Notes under the pieces: model-generated
The model's input: only the letters and a program-made list of their open reading frames with translations
Told to the model about the DNA's origin: nothing
The model's database searches: none
Shown: piece after piece, positions 48,142-60,890 of the stretch
How positions within the stretch are numbered: position 1 is the stretch's first letter
How the letters are laid out: each line of letters starts with the position of its first letter
DNA from: an uncultured Hormoscilla sp.
GTDB lineage: Bacteria; Cyanobacteriota; Cyanobacteriia; Cyanobacteriales; Desertifilaceae
Assembly: GCA_963921275.4 (NCBI GenBank)
Contig: OZ001293.3
Coordinates: 1,920,001 to 1,984,000 of the forward strand
Direction: 5' to 3'
Length of the DNA: 64,000 nt
Translations under genes and position numbers: made by a program

Positions 48142-50700
48142 ATGTATAATTCGGACCGTAGTCCATCATCGGTAGTAGTAGCTTCAGAGGCTTCGGATTA
48201 CCACTCTGGGACAGACACTCCGACTGACAGGTGGGTAGAAGTCTTGGTGGACGGGCCACCCGAACTGGATGTAAATTTATATACATACCACATACCGCCA
48301 GATTTGTCAATAGTGTCGGGGGATATATTGCAGGTGCCGTTTGGACCGCAGCAGTTGGGGGCGATCGCCATTAGGCTGCTGGATAAACCCCCCGCTGGGT
48401 TGGCCCCGGAGAAAATTCGGGATGTTCGAGATGTCGTCAGCCCGGGGTTCTTCCCGCCTACCTACTGGCAGCTATTAAACCGGGTAGCTTCTTACTACCA
48501 TACGGAACTGATGCGGGTGATTAGAATAGCCCTACCGCCGGGACTGTTGCGGCGATCGCAGCGTCGGATCCGCTTCACCCCCTCTTACCCAGGGGGAAAG
48601 GCGATCGCCGATGACCCCTTCCTAACACCGGTGGCGCGGCAGCTGCTGGAGGTGCTGGAGTCGAGCAAAACGGGGGATATGTCTTGGAAAGGGATCCAGG
48701 GTCAGGTGAAAGGTGCTAATCGGCCATTAAAGTCATTATTACAACGTGGGTGGGTCCAAAGTTATCTGGAACCGCCGAAACTCTCCCGCCCAAAACTGCA
48801 AAAAGCTGTGATGCTAACTAGCGATACTTTTACTCGGGAGTTGACGAAGCGACAGCAGGAAGTCTTAGGGGTTCTCAGACAGCGGGGCGGCGAATTGTGG
48901 TTGTCTGAGTTACTACAGATATCTAAGGCTAGTTCTAGTATAGTCAAAGCCTTGGAAAAAAAGGGTTGCATTGCGATCGAAGAACGGGAAGTGTTGCGGC
49001 GAGATATGGGAGTCGCTCAAAGAAGCGATCGCCCCAAAGTCCTTACCGAAGCTCAAACCAAAGTCCTTGATATCATTACTAAACAAACGAGATACTCCCT
49101 GCTGTTGCTTCACGGCGTTACCGGTTCGGGAAAAACTGAAGTATACTTGCAGGCGATCACCCCGATCTTAGCCAGCGGGCGATCGGCCCTGGTGCTGGTT
49201 CCCGAAATTGGACTTACCCCCCAACTGACCGATCGATTTCGGGCCCGTTTTGGTTCGGGGAAAATTTTTGTTTATCACAGCGCCCTCTCCGATGGCGAAC
49301 GCTACGATACCTGGCGACAAATGCTGATGGGCATTCCTCAAATCGTGATTGGCACCCGATCTGCAGTTTTTGCCCCCCTACCCAAGCTAGGTTTAATTAT
49401 CCTAGATGAAGAACATGACAGCAGCTTTAAGGAAGACCAACGCAGTCCCACTTACCATGCTCGCACTGTAGCTGCTTGGCGGGCAGAATTAGAAAATTGT
49501 CCCCTCCTCCTCGGTTCCGCCACTCCTTCTTTGTTAACCTGGGCAAGTGTAACTCGCAGCGCCCAATTTCTCTCCTTCCCAGGACTGGAGAGTCCAGAGG
49601 AACCCACTCCTAAATATTACCTTTCTCTAGCAGAACGCATTGCCCAGCGGCCCATGCCGCCAGTAGAAATAGTTGATATGCGGCCAGAGTTCCAGGCCGG
49701 AAATCGCTCCATATTTAGTCGTTCCCTGCAAAAGGAGTTACAAAGATTAATCCATGAAAAGAAACAGGGAATTTTATTCATCCATCGGCGGGGACACAGT
49801 ACCTTTGTTGCTTGCCGCAGTTGCGGGTATGTGATGGAATGTCCTCACTGCGATGTCTCTTTATCCTATCACTACACCCACGAAGGGGCAACCCAACTGT
49901 TGCGCTGTCATTACTGCAATTATACACAAGTCCAACCTCAGCAATGTCCAGAATGTAATTCCCCCTACCTGAAACATTTTGGCAGTGGAACTCAGAAAGT
50001 TGCCCTAGAATTAGCTAAACATTACCCATCCCTGCGGTGCATCAGATTTGATAGCGATACCACTCGGACCAAAGATGCCCATCGGACATTGCTCACCCAA
50101 TTTGCTAATGGGAAAGCTGATATCCTGCTGGGAACGCAAATGCTGACCAAAGGACTAGATATAGCAGCAGTAACTCTGGTGGGGGCGATCTCCGCTGATG
50201 GATTATTACATTTCGCCGATTATCGAGCTAATGAGAGGGCATTTCAAATATTAGCGCAAGTGGCAGGTCGTGCGGGTCGTGGCGACGAGGATCCTGGTAA
50301 GGTAATTATTCAGACTTATTCGCCAGAACATCCAGTAATTCAAACTGTGCAGCATCATGATTACTGGTCTTTCGTGGATAGGGAATTAGCAGAACGGGCT
50401 GAGTTCAATTATCCTCCCTACGGACGCTTGATTTTATTACGACTGAGTGGTTTAGATTTAGCGGAGGTGGAAGCAACTGCCCAAAAGTTGGCACAGGTGC
50501 TGACTCCCCAGAATGATGATTACCAACTGTTGGGACCAGCACCAGCTACGATTCTGCGGGTAGCTAATCGTTATCGCTGGCATATTTTGCTGAAATTTTC
50601 TCCAGTAAATCCCGTACAGTTACCAGATTTGATGGAGTTGCGCAGCCATTGTCCCCCTTCTGTTAGTATCATGATAGATGTTGATCCTCTGCAATGGTGA
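48142..50700 (+). CDS. priA: Primosomal protein N'
   Basis: GVTGSGKT, DEEH, SATPS, four CxxC zinc ligands and QVAGRAGR. Confidence 0.98.
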   Translation: MYNSDRSPSSVVVASEASDYHSGTDTPTDRWVEVLVDGPPELDVNLYTYHIPPDLSIVSGDILQVPFGPQQLGAIAIRLLDKPPAGLAPEKIRDVRDVVSPGFFPPTYWQLLNRVASYYHTELMRVIRIALPPGLLRRSQRRIRFTPSYPGGKAIADDPFLTPVARQLLEVLESSKTGDMSWKGIQGQVKGANRPLKSLLQRGWVQSYLEPPKLSRPKLQKAVMLTSDTFTRELTKRQQEVLGVLRQRGGELWLSELLQISKASSSIVKALEKKGCIAIEEREVLRRDMGVAQRSDRPKVLTEAQTKVLDIITKQTRYSLLLLHGVTGSGKTEVYLQAITPILASGRSALVLVPEIGLTPQLTDRFRARFGSGKIFVYHSALSDGERYDTWRQMLMGIPQIVIGTRSAVFAPLPKLGLIILDEEHDSSFKEDQRSPTYHARTVAAWRAELENCPLLLGSATPSLLTWASVTRSAQFLSFPGLESPEEPTPKYYLSLAERIAQRPMPPVEIVDMRPEFQAGNRSIFSRSLQKELQRLIHEKKQGILFIHRRGHSTFVACRSCGYVMECPHCDVSLSYHYTHEGATQLLRCHYCNYTQVQPQQCPECNSPYLKHFGSGTQKVALELAKHYPSLRCIRFDSDTTRTKDAHRTLLTQFANGKADILLGTQMLTKGLDIAAVTLVGAISADGLLHFADYRANERAFQILAQVAGRAGRGDEDPGKVIIQTYSPEHPVIQTVQHHDYWSFVDRELAERAEFNYPPYGRLILLRLSGLDLAEVEATAQKLAQVLTPQNDDYQLLGPAPATILRVANRYRWHILLKFSPVNPVQLPDLMELRSHCPPSVSIMIDVDPLQW

Positions 50701-50931
50701 CTGGCGAAGGGGGATTGGAAAAGGGGACCGGCACCAGCGAGAGAGATGATATAGGTGGCTAATCGCGATCGCCAGGCGCAGCGCGATACTGTCCGAGAAA
50801 CACGCGCCTAGCAGTCTGCTCATCGAAAGCCGAAGGGGCCGGAGTAAGAATAAAATATTTGATGAAATCTATCTGCTAGATTGGCATGGTAACAGCAAAA
50901 AAAGTTGATTTAGATCTTTTGGAGAAGCAAT

Positions 50932-51165
50932 ATGCAAGTGACAATAGAAACAATAGAGCAAGAAATAGAACAATTTAACGAGGAGCAACTGAAACAAATA
51001 GCAGAATTTATTAAATTGATAAAATTTCGCACTATATACCAGAAAAGCGTGACGGATATGAATCAATTTGCTAGCCTCTACTAAGAATTTGCGACTGACG
51101 ATCGGGAACTAGCAGAAGTCGGGATGACAGATTATGCTAATCAGTTACAACAAGAGGATAAATAA
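50932..51165 (+). pseudogene. Small antitoxin-like protein with an in-frame stop
   Basis: MQVTIETIEQEIEQFNEEQLKQIAEFI...LY*EFATDDRELAEVGMTDY. Confidence 0.55.
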
Positions 51166-51482
51166 TGTAGTGCAGAACTCACTGTTTGTATGAAATATAG
51201 CTACGGTGTATCACCAAGCACACCAGACGGGAAAATAATAAAAAAATTATTGTCATACACTTGACAGAATGCAGTTCCATGAGTTAAGCTAAGAAAAGAC
51301 GCTCGCTCGGAGAAGATGCTACTCAAAGCCAAGTTAGACAGGCTTTCCTGTAAACAGATCGACTGACTCTATTTCCAGTTAAGCAATTCAAAATTCAAAA
51401 TGGGGAAAGTCATTGATAGCAAGGTTTTCAGCATTTGGATCCATGCAATTTAAATGCGCGACAGCTTACAACAAGATAAACT

Positions 51483-52135
51483 ATGCCACCTGAATATCGA
51501 ATTTACCTGGATGTATGTTGCTGGAATCGTCCATTTGATGATTTTTCTCAGGAGCGAATTCGGCTAGAGGCAGAGGCGGTTTTGCTAATCTATAAAAATT
51601 CCGGTTGGGAATATGGATGCTTTTGAGTAGTGATATTGTTGAAGCTGAATTACGCAAAACGATAGGCAAAGACTGGAGTTGCTCATGGCTGCATTAGCAA
51701 TTGCAAAATCCAAAATTAAATTAGACGATACCATCAAAAAAAGAGCTGCAATCTTGGTTGAGCTTGGCTTTAAGCCATTTGATGCGACTCACATTGCTAG
51801 CGCAGAAGCAGCTAACGCTGATGTTTTTCTCACAACGGACGATCGCCTGCTCCGAAATGCTCAACGACATTTAGGTAATTTGAGGACTTCTGTTCAAAAT
51901 CCTGTATATTGGCTCATTGCAATCAACCAAAACGAGGAGGGAGGCGAAAATGAAGACACCTATTAAAATTAATCGCATGGGCTATGAGGCGCTTATGAAT
52001 GCTCTTGGCTTTGATGGCACGATCTGATTTTTGCGTCAGTTCGATCCGGGCAAGGGGGACTACACTACTGAGCGGCATCAACGACTTAATAAAATTCCCC
52101 TAGAAGAAATTTTTACGGATATTGAAGCCAATGAC
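51483..52135 (+). pseudogene. PIN-domain toxin (frameshifted) plus overlapping small partner gene (with stops)
   Basis: [14 protein letters not shown] and FDATHIASAE..ADVFLTTDDRL; the partner reads GYEALMNALG...FDPGKGDYTTERH. Confidence 0.8.
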
Positions 52136-52343
52136 TCAGCAGACCACCGTAGGTCGGAACTTCCTGTCGCAACTGCGGACTGAGCTAGTTCGTAGGTTGG
52201 GTTTCGTGCCTCAACCCAACCGATGCATCTCATTGTTGGCAGTTCGGAACTTGTCTGGGAGAGCAAGTATGACGAGTATGAAGATCCCCTGCTATGCAAA
52301 AGTGCGATCGCCCTGTAAACTCTATGAAAAGGAGAGAGGTACT

Positions 52344-52814
52344 ATGAGCCTGGAAACCGAGGTAAAAACATCTCTATATGAAACTGATTACCAAATGTGG
52401 CTAGAGAAAATACTGGCGCAGTTGAGAGTGGGTGATTTTACCAATATATATCTAGAGAATTTAATTGAGGAGATAGAAAATTTGGGTCAAAGCGATCGAC
52501 GCGCAATAGCTAGCTTTTTAAGGCGACTTTGCGAACACTTGCTCAAGATTAAATATTGGCAATCTGAGCGATAACTGTGTTTTAGAAGCTGTAATTTGGA
52601 GATTATAAATTTTCGCATTGAGATTATGGATATTCTCAAAGATAGCCCCAGCCTCAAAAACTTTCTCCAGGAAAATTTTGCTCGGGAATATGCTAAAGGG
52701 AGAAAGATATTCCTCAAAGCTAGCGGACTTGAGGCAAATCTCATCCCCGAACAACCCTGTTTTACCTTGGAACAGGCGCTCTTAGAAGACTGGCTCCCCT
52801 GGCAACCTGAATAG
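52344..52814 (+). pseudogene. DUF29 family protein with an in-frame stop
   Basis: LYETDYQMW, ENLIEEIE, EHLLK and DSPSLK motifs; TAA at 52572. Confidence 0.88.
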
Positions 52815-52912
52815 TCCCATCCCCCTTGACAAGATGCGAGCTAATATATTATTATGAATGGCAAGTGATACTGCTGGGATACCAGCATTACCCTAGAGGA
52901 GAGTGTAGCGCT

Positions 52913-53327
52913 ATGCCAGCCAAAAATCTCTATCACGATGCAGTCAAGTCAGCCCTCATTAAAGCGGGTTGGGTAATTGTTGCCGACCCATACCGAATTC
53001 AAGACAAAGATTTTGATTGGTATGCTCAACAGGCTGCAGATCGCCCGATCGCAGCTGGAGGAGAAGGACGGAAAATCATAGTTGCGATTCAAAGATTTGT
53101 CGGGCGATCGCTGATGATTGACTTCCACCATGCAGTTGGGCAGTATGCCGTTTACCGCAGCCTGATGCAAGCAAGGTCGTCTGAATATCAGTTATATGGC
53201 AATTGACGACATTATCTATGAGAACTTATTCAAGCGCGAAGGAATTGCGTTTTTAACCAAAAAGAGTCAAATCAACCTACTGGTTGTGGATATCGAAGAA
53301 CAGGGGATCGTGGAATGGATAAGCTAG
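52913..53327 (+). pseudogene. xisH: XisH-family protein, frameshifted
   Basis: MPAKNLYHDAVKSALIKAGW..DP and DFHHAVGQY; frameshift at about 53197. Confidence 0.85.
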
Positions 53328-53617
53328 CTTCTTACCGCAAGATCGTGCAAAAAATCCTGATTGAATATCAGCAATGGGCCGCTGGTGCAAATAAACCCGG
53401 AGTAACGCAGTGTGTTTCCTTTGATGAAGAACGAGGGCACTACTTCTGGTTTAATGTAGGCTGGGACGGTAAGCGTCGAGATTTTGGCGTGACAGTTTAT
53501 CTCAGGATCGAGCAAGGTAAAATCTGGATTGAAGAAGATTGGACGAAACAAGGCATTGCCAATGAGTTGCTAGATGCTGGAGTCCTCCCCGAAGATATTG
53601 TTCTAGCATCCCAGTAA
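53315..53617 (+). CDS. xisI: XisI-family protein (C-terminus possibly truncated)
   Basis: FDEERGHY and GKIWIEEDWTKQGIANELLDAGV. Confidence 0.88.
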   Translation: MDKLASYRKIVQKILIEYQQWAAGANKPGVTQCVSFDEERGHYFWFNVGWDGKRRDFGVTVYLRIEQGKIWIEEDWTKQGIANELLDAGVLPEDIVLASQ

Positions 53618-53696
53618 GCGACCTCTGACTGAATTTGCCACGGGTATCCCTTGACAAATGTGATATACTATTATTAAGAAGTGGAGGTGTAAGAAA

Positions 53697-54280
53697 ATGT
53701 CTAGAAAAGACAATTTTCATCAAGCAGTCAGACGCGGAAAAGGATGGCCGGACAATTACCCAGGATCCTTTGCTATTGAAAATCAGTACGCTGCAATTGG
53801 AAGCTGATTTAGGAGCAGAAAAAGCGATCGCCGCTCAAAAGGACAATCAGAAAATAGCAGTAGAGGTGAAAAGATTGCTAAACACCTCAAAAATTCCCGA
53901 CTTATACCGGGCATTTGCACAGCAATTTTCCTATAAAGAGGCACTACACAAGCTAGAGCCCGATCGCATTTTTGCTCTAGCAATTCCAGACTCGATCTAT
54001 GACAATCAATGTGGAGAAATTATGATGGAGGAGCTTCTGGAGGAATATCCAGTAAAGCTGATTATCTAGGCTACCAACGTAAAGCGGGACAAATTTGCGG
54101 TTGTGCGAGCGGGCCAAATGTTTGTGGGCTGGAAGCCTTGCATCATGCGCTGTCCCGGCTTAAGTTGGTAGCCATTATCTTATAGCCCATACAGAGAGGA
54201 GATAGAGTCATGGATAAATTAGAACAATATCGGACAAGGAGCAGACAATACTGGAAAACTATGCTGATTAGATGAAAATT
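53697..54280 (+). pseudogene. xisH: Second XisH (frameshift plus MITE) and XisI stub
   Basis: ITQDPL, ADLGAEKAIAA and KIAVEVK motifs; MDKLEQYR follows at 54210. Confidence 0.82.
54069..54173. mobile_element. MITE (105 bp)
   Basis: IRs GGCTACCAACGTAAAGCGGGACA / TGTCCCGGCTTAAGTTGGTAGCC, with flanks ATTATCTA / ATTATCTT. Excision restores VKLIIYSPYREEIESW. Confidence 0.85.
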
Positions 54281-54334
54281 TTATACATCTGACAAAAGAT
54301 GATCTAATATTAGATCGAGCATGTAAAGTGATGA

Positions 54335-54540
54335 AACCCCGATCGCGCAGCGTGGCGCAGCCATTCGCATCTGCTGTTCAAACTGCTTCTGGGATCTTTC
54401 CCGTTCTTCCCTGGGCGTCAGGTTGACATAGAGGGTCGCCTCATTGATCTTTTCGCCCCCAGCAACCCCCAGGACATTATCCACAACTGGCTGCTGCTGT
54501 AACAGAGAAGTCGTCTGTTGCATCACCCGATCGGTATTGA
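54335..54540 (-). pseudogene. RND (AcrB-like) efflux permease internal fragment
   Basis: INEATLYVNLTPREERERSQKQFEQQMR. Confidence 0.55.
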
Positions 54541-54649
54541 GCGGAGTAGCACACGGCCACAGGCTTTGGAGTTGCCTAATTATCCCGATGAGCGGATGTG
54601 AAGGTCAAGCATTAGGCTTCACTGTCAAATTGCCTCACACCGCTGAAAA

Positions 54650-54686
54650 TTAACAACTAACAACTAACAACTAACAACTAACAACT
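54650..54686. repeat. STRR-type heptamer tandem repeat (TAACAAC x5)
   Basis: Seen directly in the sequence. Confidence 0.85.
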
Positions 54687-54687
54687 A

Positions 54688-55743
54688 TCAAATATCAGCA
54701 TCTTGATACAATTCTTCAAGGGACTGCTGCTGAGTCCGACGAGAAATCCGACGGTACTTCTTTGCTTCTAATCGCGGTTCGTACTCACTCTTCCCTTTCC
54801 CTTTACTTTTCCGCTTCAGGGTTGAGTCAGGATCCCCTTGTTGATGCAACTGCTCTTGACGGGCGATCGCCTTTTCCAAACAATCCAAATAATGCTCGTA
54901 GCGTTCCCAATCTCCCCTGACAACGCAATTAGGCTCATCTCTATGCAAACAGTCACTAAACTGACAGCTACCCGTCCCTAACCTTGTCGAAGCTTCTGGG
55001 AAATAAGCCACCAATTCCTCTGGAGAACAATCCATGTGAGGCTGATTAAAACCAGGAGTATCTGCTAACAATCCCTCACCAGGTAACTCAAATAATTCCA
55101 CATGGCGGGTAGTATGGCGTCCCCTACCCAGCTTTCCGGAAACCTCCCTCACTCGCAAGCAAGCTGTCGGAATTAGCTGGTTAATCAGACTCGACTTCCC
55201 CACCCCAGAAGGCCCGGCCACAACCGTGATGCGATCGCGCAGCCTATTCCTCAGTTCAGTAATATTGTCAAGGGTAGAAACACTGATAAATATCGCTTTG
55301 TAGCCCCAGGCTTGCAACCTCTCATCCCATCCGCCCATATGACCGGGCGCGACCAGATCGCATTTATTCAAGCACAAACACACATTTAAACCCGTGGATT
55401 CCGCCTTCACCAGAAATCTACTCAACTGGTAAGGGTCTAAAGTTGGTTCTGCCAGAGCAAAAACCAGTAAGATTTGATTAGCATTGGCCACAGGAGGGCG
55501 ATCGAGTTTAGTGGCCCGGGGTAACAGTTTATCGATCGCCCCCCGTCGGCCTTCCCAGTCCGGTTCGCAAACCAGCACCCGATCGCCCACCATCACCTGC
55601 TGACCAATTTTTTTCAGGCGCGATCGTCTCGTACATAGCAGAGAAGAACAGGCCATACCAGCATTTTCTAAGCGAACCCGATAGAAATTCGCTTGCACAG
55701 CCATCACCTTCCCCAGCAACTGCGCCGGTTCTGAGTCAATCAA
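54688..55743 (-). CDS. rsgA: Small ribosomal subunit biogenesis GTPase RsgA
   Basis: NKCD, GPSGVGKSS, GRHTT, DTPG and CQFSDCLH..EPNC. Confidence 0.97.
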   Translation of the reverse strand: MIDSEPAQLLGKVMAVQANFYRVRLENAGMACSSLLCTRRSRLKKIGQQVMVGDRVLVCEPDWEGRRGAIDKLLPRATKLDRPPVANANQILLVFALAEPTLDPYQLSRFLVKAESTGLNVCLCLNKCDLVAPGHMGGWDERLQAWGYKAIFISVSTLDNITELRNRLRDRITVVAGPSGVGKSSLINQLIPTACLRVREVSGKLGRGRHTTRHVELFELPGEGLLADTPGFNQPHMDCSPEELVAYFPEASTRLGTGSCQFSDCLHRDEPNCVVRGDWERYEHYLDCLEKAIARQEQLHQQGDPDSTLKRKSKGKGKSEYEPRLEAKKYRRISRRTQQQSLEELYQDADI

Positions 55744-55973
55744 AGCCGAGGACGCCGCACTCGCAGCGCAAAAAACCCTACCCGATCCTCTATTAATTCA
55801 ATCCCGTAACCTTCCATCGCCAAACTATCGGGCACCTGTTCAATTGGCTCGCCCGGATCCAGCCACACCTCCAGCAAAGACCCCGGTACCATTTGCTCTA
55901 GCCGCAGTTTAGTTCTGACAAAATTAATCGGGCAGGGAGTACCCCGCAAATCCATCTGAGCGTCAGGCATCAT
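55740..55973 (-). CDS. TusA-family sulfur carrier protein
   Basis: [16 protein letters not shown]. Confidence 0.92.
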   Translation of the reverse strand: MMPDAQMDLRGTPCPINFVRTKLRLEQMVPGSLLEVWLDPGEPIEQVPDSLAMEGYGIELIEDRVGFFALRVRRPRL

Positions 55974-57103
55974 TTATTAAACAGTCCTCCCAAGAAACCT
56001 TCCATCCCACCCTTGCCAGTGCGATTACCGCGAATAGAGGCCAACTCCTCCAGATGCTGTCGTTCCTCAGCCCCTATCCGCGTGGGAATCTCCACCAACA
56101 CCGTAATCAAGTGATCGCCTCGCGAAACCGGATTTCCCAGTCGTGGCACCCCACGATTTTCCAAAGTAAGAACAGTATTCGGCTGGGTTCCCGCTGGAAT
56201 CACCAACTCGGACGAACCATCTACCGTCTTTATTTCTCTGTGACTGCCCAGAATCGCTTCCAGATAACTAATCTTCAACTCTGAAAGCACATTTATGCCA
56301 TCCCGCCGGAAATCCGGGTCTTCATTCACGGACAAATACACGTACAGGTCTCCCGCCGGCCCCCCGCGTCCACCCGCATCACCTTCACCTGAGACCCGCA
56401 ACCTCGTACCATTATCCACCCCTGCTGGGATTGTAATTTTCAGCTTTTTCGTCACCTGCTTATTGCCACTGCCACCACAGGTCTGACACTTTTCCTCAAT
56501 CACCCGCCCCGTCCCATTACAACTGGGACAGACTGACACTTGGGTAAAGCTGCCAAAAGGCGTCCGCGTGGCCCGCCGTATTTGACCCGACCCGCCACAA
56601 GTCTGGCAAGTTTTTGGCTTCGTTCCTGGCTTAGCACCGGTACCTTTACAGGTGCCACAGGTTTCCAGGTGGTTGATGCGAATTTCCTTCTCCTCACCAA
56701 ACACCGCTTCTGTGAATTCCAGCCTCAGGTCCAGCCGCAGGTCGTCCCCACGCACCGGTCCCCTTCTGCGAGCCGCCGTTTGACCCCCCATTCCACCGGA
56801 AAACCCACTAAAGAAGCTTTCAAATATATCTGCAAACCCACCGATATCGCCGAAATCTTGGAATCCACTGGCTCCCACACCGGCACCACTCACTCCTGCT
56901 TCGCCGAATCGGTCATAGCGTGCCTTCATTTCCGGTTCTGAGAGGACTTCGTAGGCACGATTTATCTCCTTAAACCGTTCCTCCGCCCCCGATTCCTTAT
57001 TCACATCCGGGTGATACTTGCGCGCCAAGCGACGGTAGGCACGCTTAATTTCTTCCTTGTCTGCATCCCGGGAGACCCCTAGAACTTCGTAATAATCGGC
57101 CAT
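55970..57103 (-). CDS. dnaJ: Chaperone DnaJ
   Basis: HPD motif, G/F region and four CxxCxGxG repeats. Confidence 0.98.
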   Translation of the reverse strand: MADYYEVLGVSRDADKEEIKRAYRRLARKYHPDVNKESGAEERFKEINRAYEVLSEPEMKARYDRFGEAGVSGAGVGASGFQDFGDIGGFADIFESFFSGFSGGMGGQTAARRRGPVRGDDLRLDLRLEFTEAVFGEEKEIRINHLETCGTCKGTGAKPGTKPKTCQTCGGSGQIRRATRTPFGSFTQVSVCPSCNGTGRVIEEKCQTCGGSGNKQVTKKLKITIPAGVDNGTRLRVSGEGDAGGRGGPAGDLYVYLSVNEDPDFRRDGINVLSELKISYLEAILGSHREIKTVDGSSELVIPAGTQPNTVLTLENRGVPRLGNPVSRGDHLITVLVEIPTRIGAEERQHLEELASIRGNRTGKGGMEGFLGGLFNK

Positions 57104-57146
57104 AGAGCGCTAGTTTATGCTACTTGTGCTATTATCCGCTATTTTT

Positions 57147-59096
57147 CTATTCGATCGCTTCGTAGTCAGCAGTGACAGTTTCCGAATCATCTTCCTCGTC
57201 TGAGAACGAAGCGGTATCTTCCTCGACCTTTAAGGTTGATAATTCCGAACCTGCCGCGCTTGGCACCATTTCTGCCTGAGTGCTATCACCTTGTTCATAC
57301 ACATAGGTGCCAATCTCAAATAGTATTTGTTGTAGGGCATCGATTTTTCCCTTTACTTCCTCTACTCTGATTGCCGGATTAGCGAAAGCCGCTCTGATCT
57401 CCGTCACCTTTTGTTTTGCCTGGGCCTTCAGTTCTAAGCTGATATATTTTTCCTGGTTTTTTAGCGTCGTTTGATAACTATAGAATAGGCTATCTACCTG
57501 GTTTTTCAGTTCTACCAGCTGCTTACGCCTGCGGTTTTCCTCTGTGTATACTTCCGTCTCCATGCGCATTTTTTCCACTTCACTGGCACTCAATCCGCCG
57601 GTGTTGCTGATTTCAATACTCTGTTCGGACCCCGTTCCTTTATCTCGCGCCGATACTTTCAGAATACCATTAGCATCTATCTCAAAGGACACCTCTATCT
57701 GGGGTACCCCTCGTGGTGCTGGCGAAATCCCCGTTAGCTCAAATTTCCCCAGACTCTTATTGTCCCTCGCCAGAGCTCTTTCCCCTTGCAGTACGTGAAT
57801 TTCCACCGAAGTTTGCCCATCTGTTGCCGTCGAAAAGGACTGGGTTTTGCTCGTTGGAATCGTCCTATTCCGTTCAATGATTTTAGTGAACACTGAGCCC
57901 AAGGTTTCTATTCCCAGGGACAAAGGCGTCACATCTAGTAGTAGCAGGTCTTTCATCTCGCCACCGATCACCCCACCTTGAATTGCCGCCCCCAGGGCCA
58001 CCGCTTCATCTGGATTTACCGATCTATCCGGTGCCTTGCCACCAAAGTAATTTTTGATTGCCTCTTGCACTGCCGGTATCCGGGTAGACCCACCCACCAT
58101 AATTATCCGGTCAATATCCTCCTTTTTCCTATCGCAGTCCTTGAGCGCCTGGGTCATCGGTTCTAGCGTTCCTTCGATTAGGTCTTTGCTCAGTTCTTCA
58201 AACTTAGCCCTACTCAACTCCATCTCCAGATGTTTCGGTCCCGTTTCATCAGCCGTAATGAACGGCAGGTTAATTGAAGTCGTCACCATGTTAGACAACT
58301 CTATTTTTGCCTTTTCCGCCGCCTCACGCAGGCGTTGCAGGGCCATTTTGTCCACTGACAGGTCAATACCTTCCTCCTTGGAGAAGCTATCGATCATCCA
58401 GTTTACTATACAGTTATCAAAATCATCACCCCCCAGATGGTTGTTACCCGAAGTAGCCTGCACCTCAAAAATGCCATCACCTAGCTGGAGAATAGAGACA
58501 TCGAAAGTCCCACCACCCAAGTCAAAGACCAGAATCATCTGGTCTTTGTCCTGCTTATCTAAACCGTAGGATAATGAAGCCGCCGTCGGCTCATTAATAA
58601 TCCGCTGCACTTCTAGACCAGCGATCGTGCCTGCATCTTTTGTCGCTTGCCGCTGGGCGTCCGTGAAGTAAGCTGGCACCGCGATCACCGCTTCACTCAC
58701 CGGTTCTCCCAGATAATTTTCGGCATCCTGCTTTAGTTTTTGCAGGATCATCGCTGATATTTCTTGCGGCGTGTAATTGCGACCCCTAATTTGGACATCT
58801 ACTGTCTCGTCGCGACCTGTTACACAATTATAGGGCACCCTAGACCGTTCTACTTCCGTATCGCACCAGCGTCTACCTATAAATCTTTTGATGCTGAATA
58901 TGGTATTTTCTGCATTGGTAACTGCTTGTCGCTTTGCCAGTTGACCTACCAAGCGCTCCCCTGCCTTCCCAAAGCCCACCATACTCGGGGTAGTACGTCC
59001 ACCTTCCGAGTTATAGATGACGACTGGTTGACCGTCCTCCAATACAGCAACACAACTATTGGTCGTCCCTAAGTCTATGCCAATGACTTTTCCCAT
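57147..59096 (-). CDS. dnaK: Chaperone DnaK
   Basis: [17 protein letters not shown] and [12 protein letters not shown]. Confidence 0.98.
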   Translation of the reverse strand: MGKVIGIDLGTTNSCVAVLEDGQPVVIYNSEGGRTTPSMVGFGKAGERLVGQLAKRQAVTNAENTIFSIKRFIGRRWCDTEVERSRVPYNCVTGRDETVDVQIRGRNYTPQEISAMILQKLKQDAENYLGEPVSEAVIAVPAYFTDAQRQATKDAGTIAGLEVQRIINEPTAASLSYGLDKQDKDQMILVFDLGGGTFDVSILQLGDGIFEVQATSGNNHLGGDDFDNCIVNWMIDSFSKEEGIDLSVDKMALQRLREAAEKAKIELSNMVTTSINLPFITADETGPKHLEMELSRAKFEELSKDLIEGTLEPMTQALKDCDRKKEDIDRIIMVGGSTRIPAVQEAIKNYFGGKAPDRSVNPDEAVALGAAIQGGVIGGEMKDLLLLDVTPLSLGIETLGSVFTKIIERNRTIPTSKTQSFSTATDGQTSVEIHVLQGERALARDNKSLGKFELTGISPAPRGVPQIEVSFEIDANGILKVSARDKGTGSEQSIEISNTGGLSASEVEKMRMETEVYTEENRRRKQLVELKNQVDSLFYSYQTTLKNQEKYISLELKAQAKQKVTEIRAAFANPAIRVEEVKGKIDALQQILFEIGTYVYEQGDSTQAEMVPSAAGSELSTLKVEEDTASFSDEEDDSETVTADYEAIE

Positions 59097-59234
59097 AGCT
59101 AGCGGCGGTTAATGTTGACAATATCTGAATACACTCTCAGCTATTTGGCTGAGTGTCTACTCTGTTATGCACTCTATCGCGAGCACCAGACGCCACTGGC
59201 GCCTGGTTGACTTACCTATATTTACTATACCCCT

Positions 59235-60032
59235 TTAATTTTCAATACTTTCATTACTCTCCTCACTCTCGGACACTACAGCTGCTGAAGCTTCCATCGG
59301 TTCTTCTGGCGCTGCTGCTACTTTTACCATAGCGTGGCGCAGCACCCGATCGCCCAGCATATACCCCCGCATCAATTCTTCTATCACCGTTCCTTCTGGA
59401 TATTGGTCCGTTTGTCCCCGCATCACCGCTTCATGCAGGTTCGGGTCAAACTCTTCTCCTTCACAACGCATCGCCGACACTCCGATGCCTTTTAGACAGT
59501 CTACCAATTGCTTATATACCCCTTGGTAGCTTTTGTGGATGTTCTTTTCCCCGTCTGTTTGCGGTTTGATCTGCGATCGCGCCCGCTCGAAGTTATCTAC
59601 CACCGGCAGCAGTTCTTTAATTGTCGCAGACTTTATGCGCTGCTCCATTTCTTCTTTTTCCTTGTAAGTGCGCTTGCGAAAGTTATCAAAATCTGCCGCT
59701 ATCCGCACTGATTGGTTCTTTACCTCTCTGAGCTGATTTTTTAGAGACTCTATTTCGGCCTCCTGCGTCGCCAATTCCACGAACAGTGCTTCGTCCACCG
59801 TTACTTTCGGTTCTGACAACCCTGTTGCTGCGGACGACTCTGAACCCATAGCCGACTCTATCTCTAATGACTCTGTCGGCTGAGGCCCTGGCCCTGGGCT
59901 ACTTGCTTCTGATGCCACTTCTGCTGCTATATTTTCAGCCGACCTTGTCGGAACCTGCATTTCCTCTGACACTTCTGGCGAGGATTCCGAATCCCTAGTC
60001 ATATTCTCTAACTGCTTTGACTCGTCGCTCAT
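59235..60032 (-). CDS. grpE: Nucleotide exchange factor GrpE
   Basis: [17 protein letters not shown] and [10 protein letters not shown]. Confidence 0.97.
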   Translation of the reverse strand: MSDESKQLENMTRDSESSPEVSEEMQVPTRSAENIAAEVASEASSPGPGPQPTESLEIESAMGSESSAATGLSEPKVTVDEALFVELATQEAEIESLKNQLREVKNQSVRIAADFDNFRKRTYKEKEEMEQRIKSATIKELLPVVDNFERARSQIKPQTDGEKNIHKSYQGVYKQLVDCLKGIGVSAMRCEGEEFDPNLHEAVMRGQTDQYPEGTVIEELMRGYMLGDRVLRHAMVKVAAAPEEPMEASAAVVSESEESNESIEN

Positions 60033-60890
60033 TGTACTCTTACTCTACACTGCAAGACTACTACCAGGGAGCCGGTTACACCCGATGCCCCTGTTTTCCT
60101 TAGGACCACTAAGCTTTTAGCCTAGCTTCTGGACATCCCTTTTTTGGACCGACACGCAATATTTTAGCTTTTTTTGCTGGTCGCCCTACCTTCTGGTTCA
60201 TTTGGGCCAACCTGCCAGTCTGGATGCTGCTGCATCTCGTCTGAGCTGGCGCTGTGGGAAGCTAGGTCTCAGGCGGCACTTTGGCCCTGCCGGTTATCTT
60301 ATCAATAATTTACCACACCACAAGCTGTTTTGATCTGAACTATTGACCATTATCCCCTGTCCCGGCCAATCGCCGATCCCCATCGTCATCCGGCGGCATA
60401 GCCCGGCGTCGTGGATTCCTCGCCACTAGCTACCAGGCTTGAAATTGTGATATATTGGGTTATGTTTTGGGACAGTCGCCTGTTGCCCTGACCCCTGCCA
60501 TCGGACTGCCTCCAGTCATGACCTCTGATCGCCGTATCCCTTGCGGGAGCGCAGCCATTCGCGCAGAGTGGCCAGCCTAGCAAGTAGATCGGCTGCATAT
60601 TTTTAACTGTAAGGAAGATTCCATGAGAACTGAAAAATCACTATATAGATTGATGACAATCAGTAGAGAAACCACTCAATAAAGAGATGGCTCCGCTACC
60701 ATGGGAGGTGAGTTAGATATTTTGGGGAAATGACCGAGCAATTGCCGCAGGAGACGGGAAGTGGAAGAGTTTTAGCTCCCCCCGCTCGGGAGATATAAGG
60801 ATGTTTTTCCTATTGGTATTGAGTAATAATAGTAGAATGTCGGCTTCGCGGCAGATTAGTTGGCCCAGAAGCTTTTGCTAGACGAAAATT

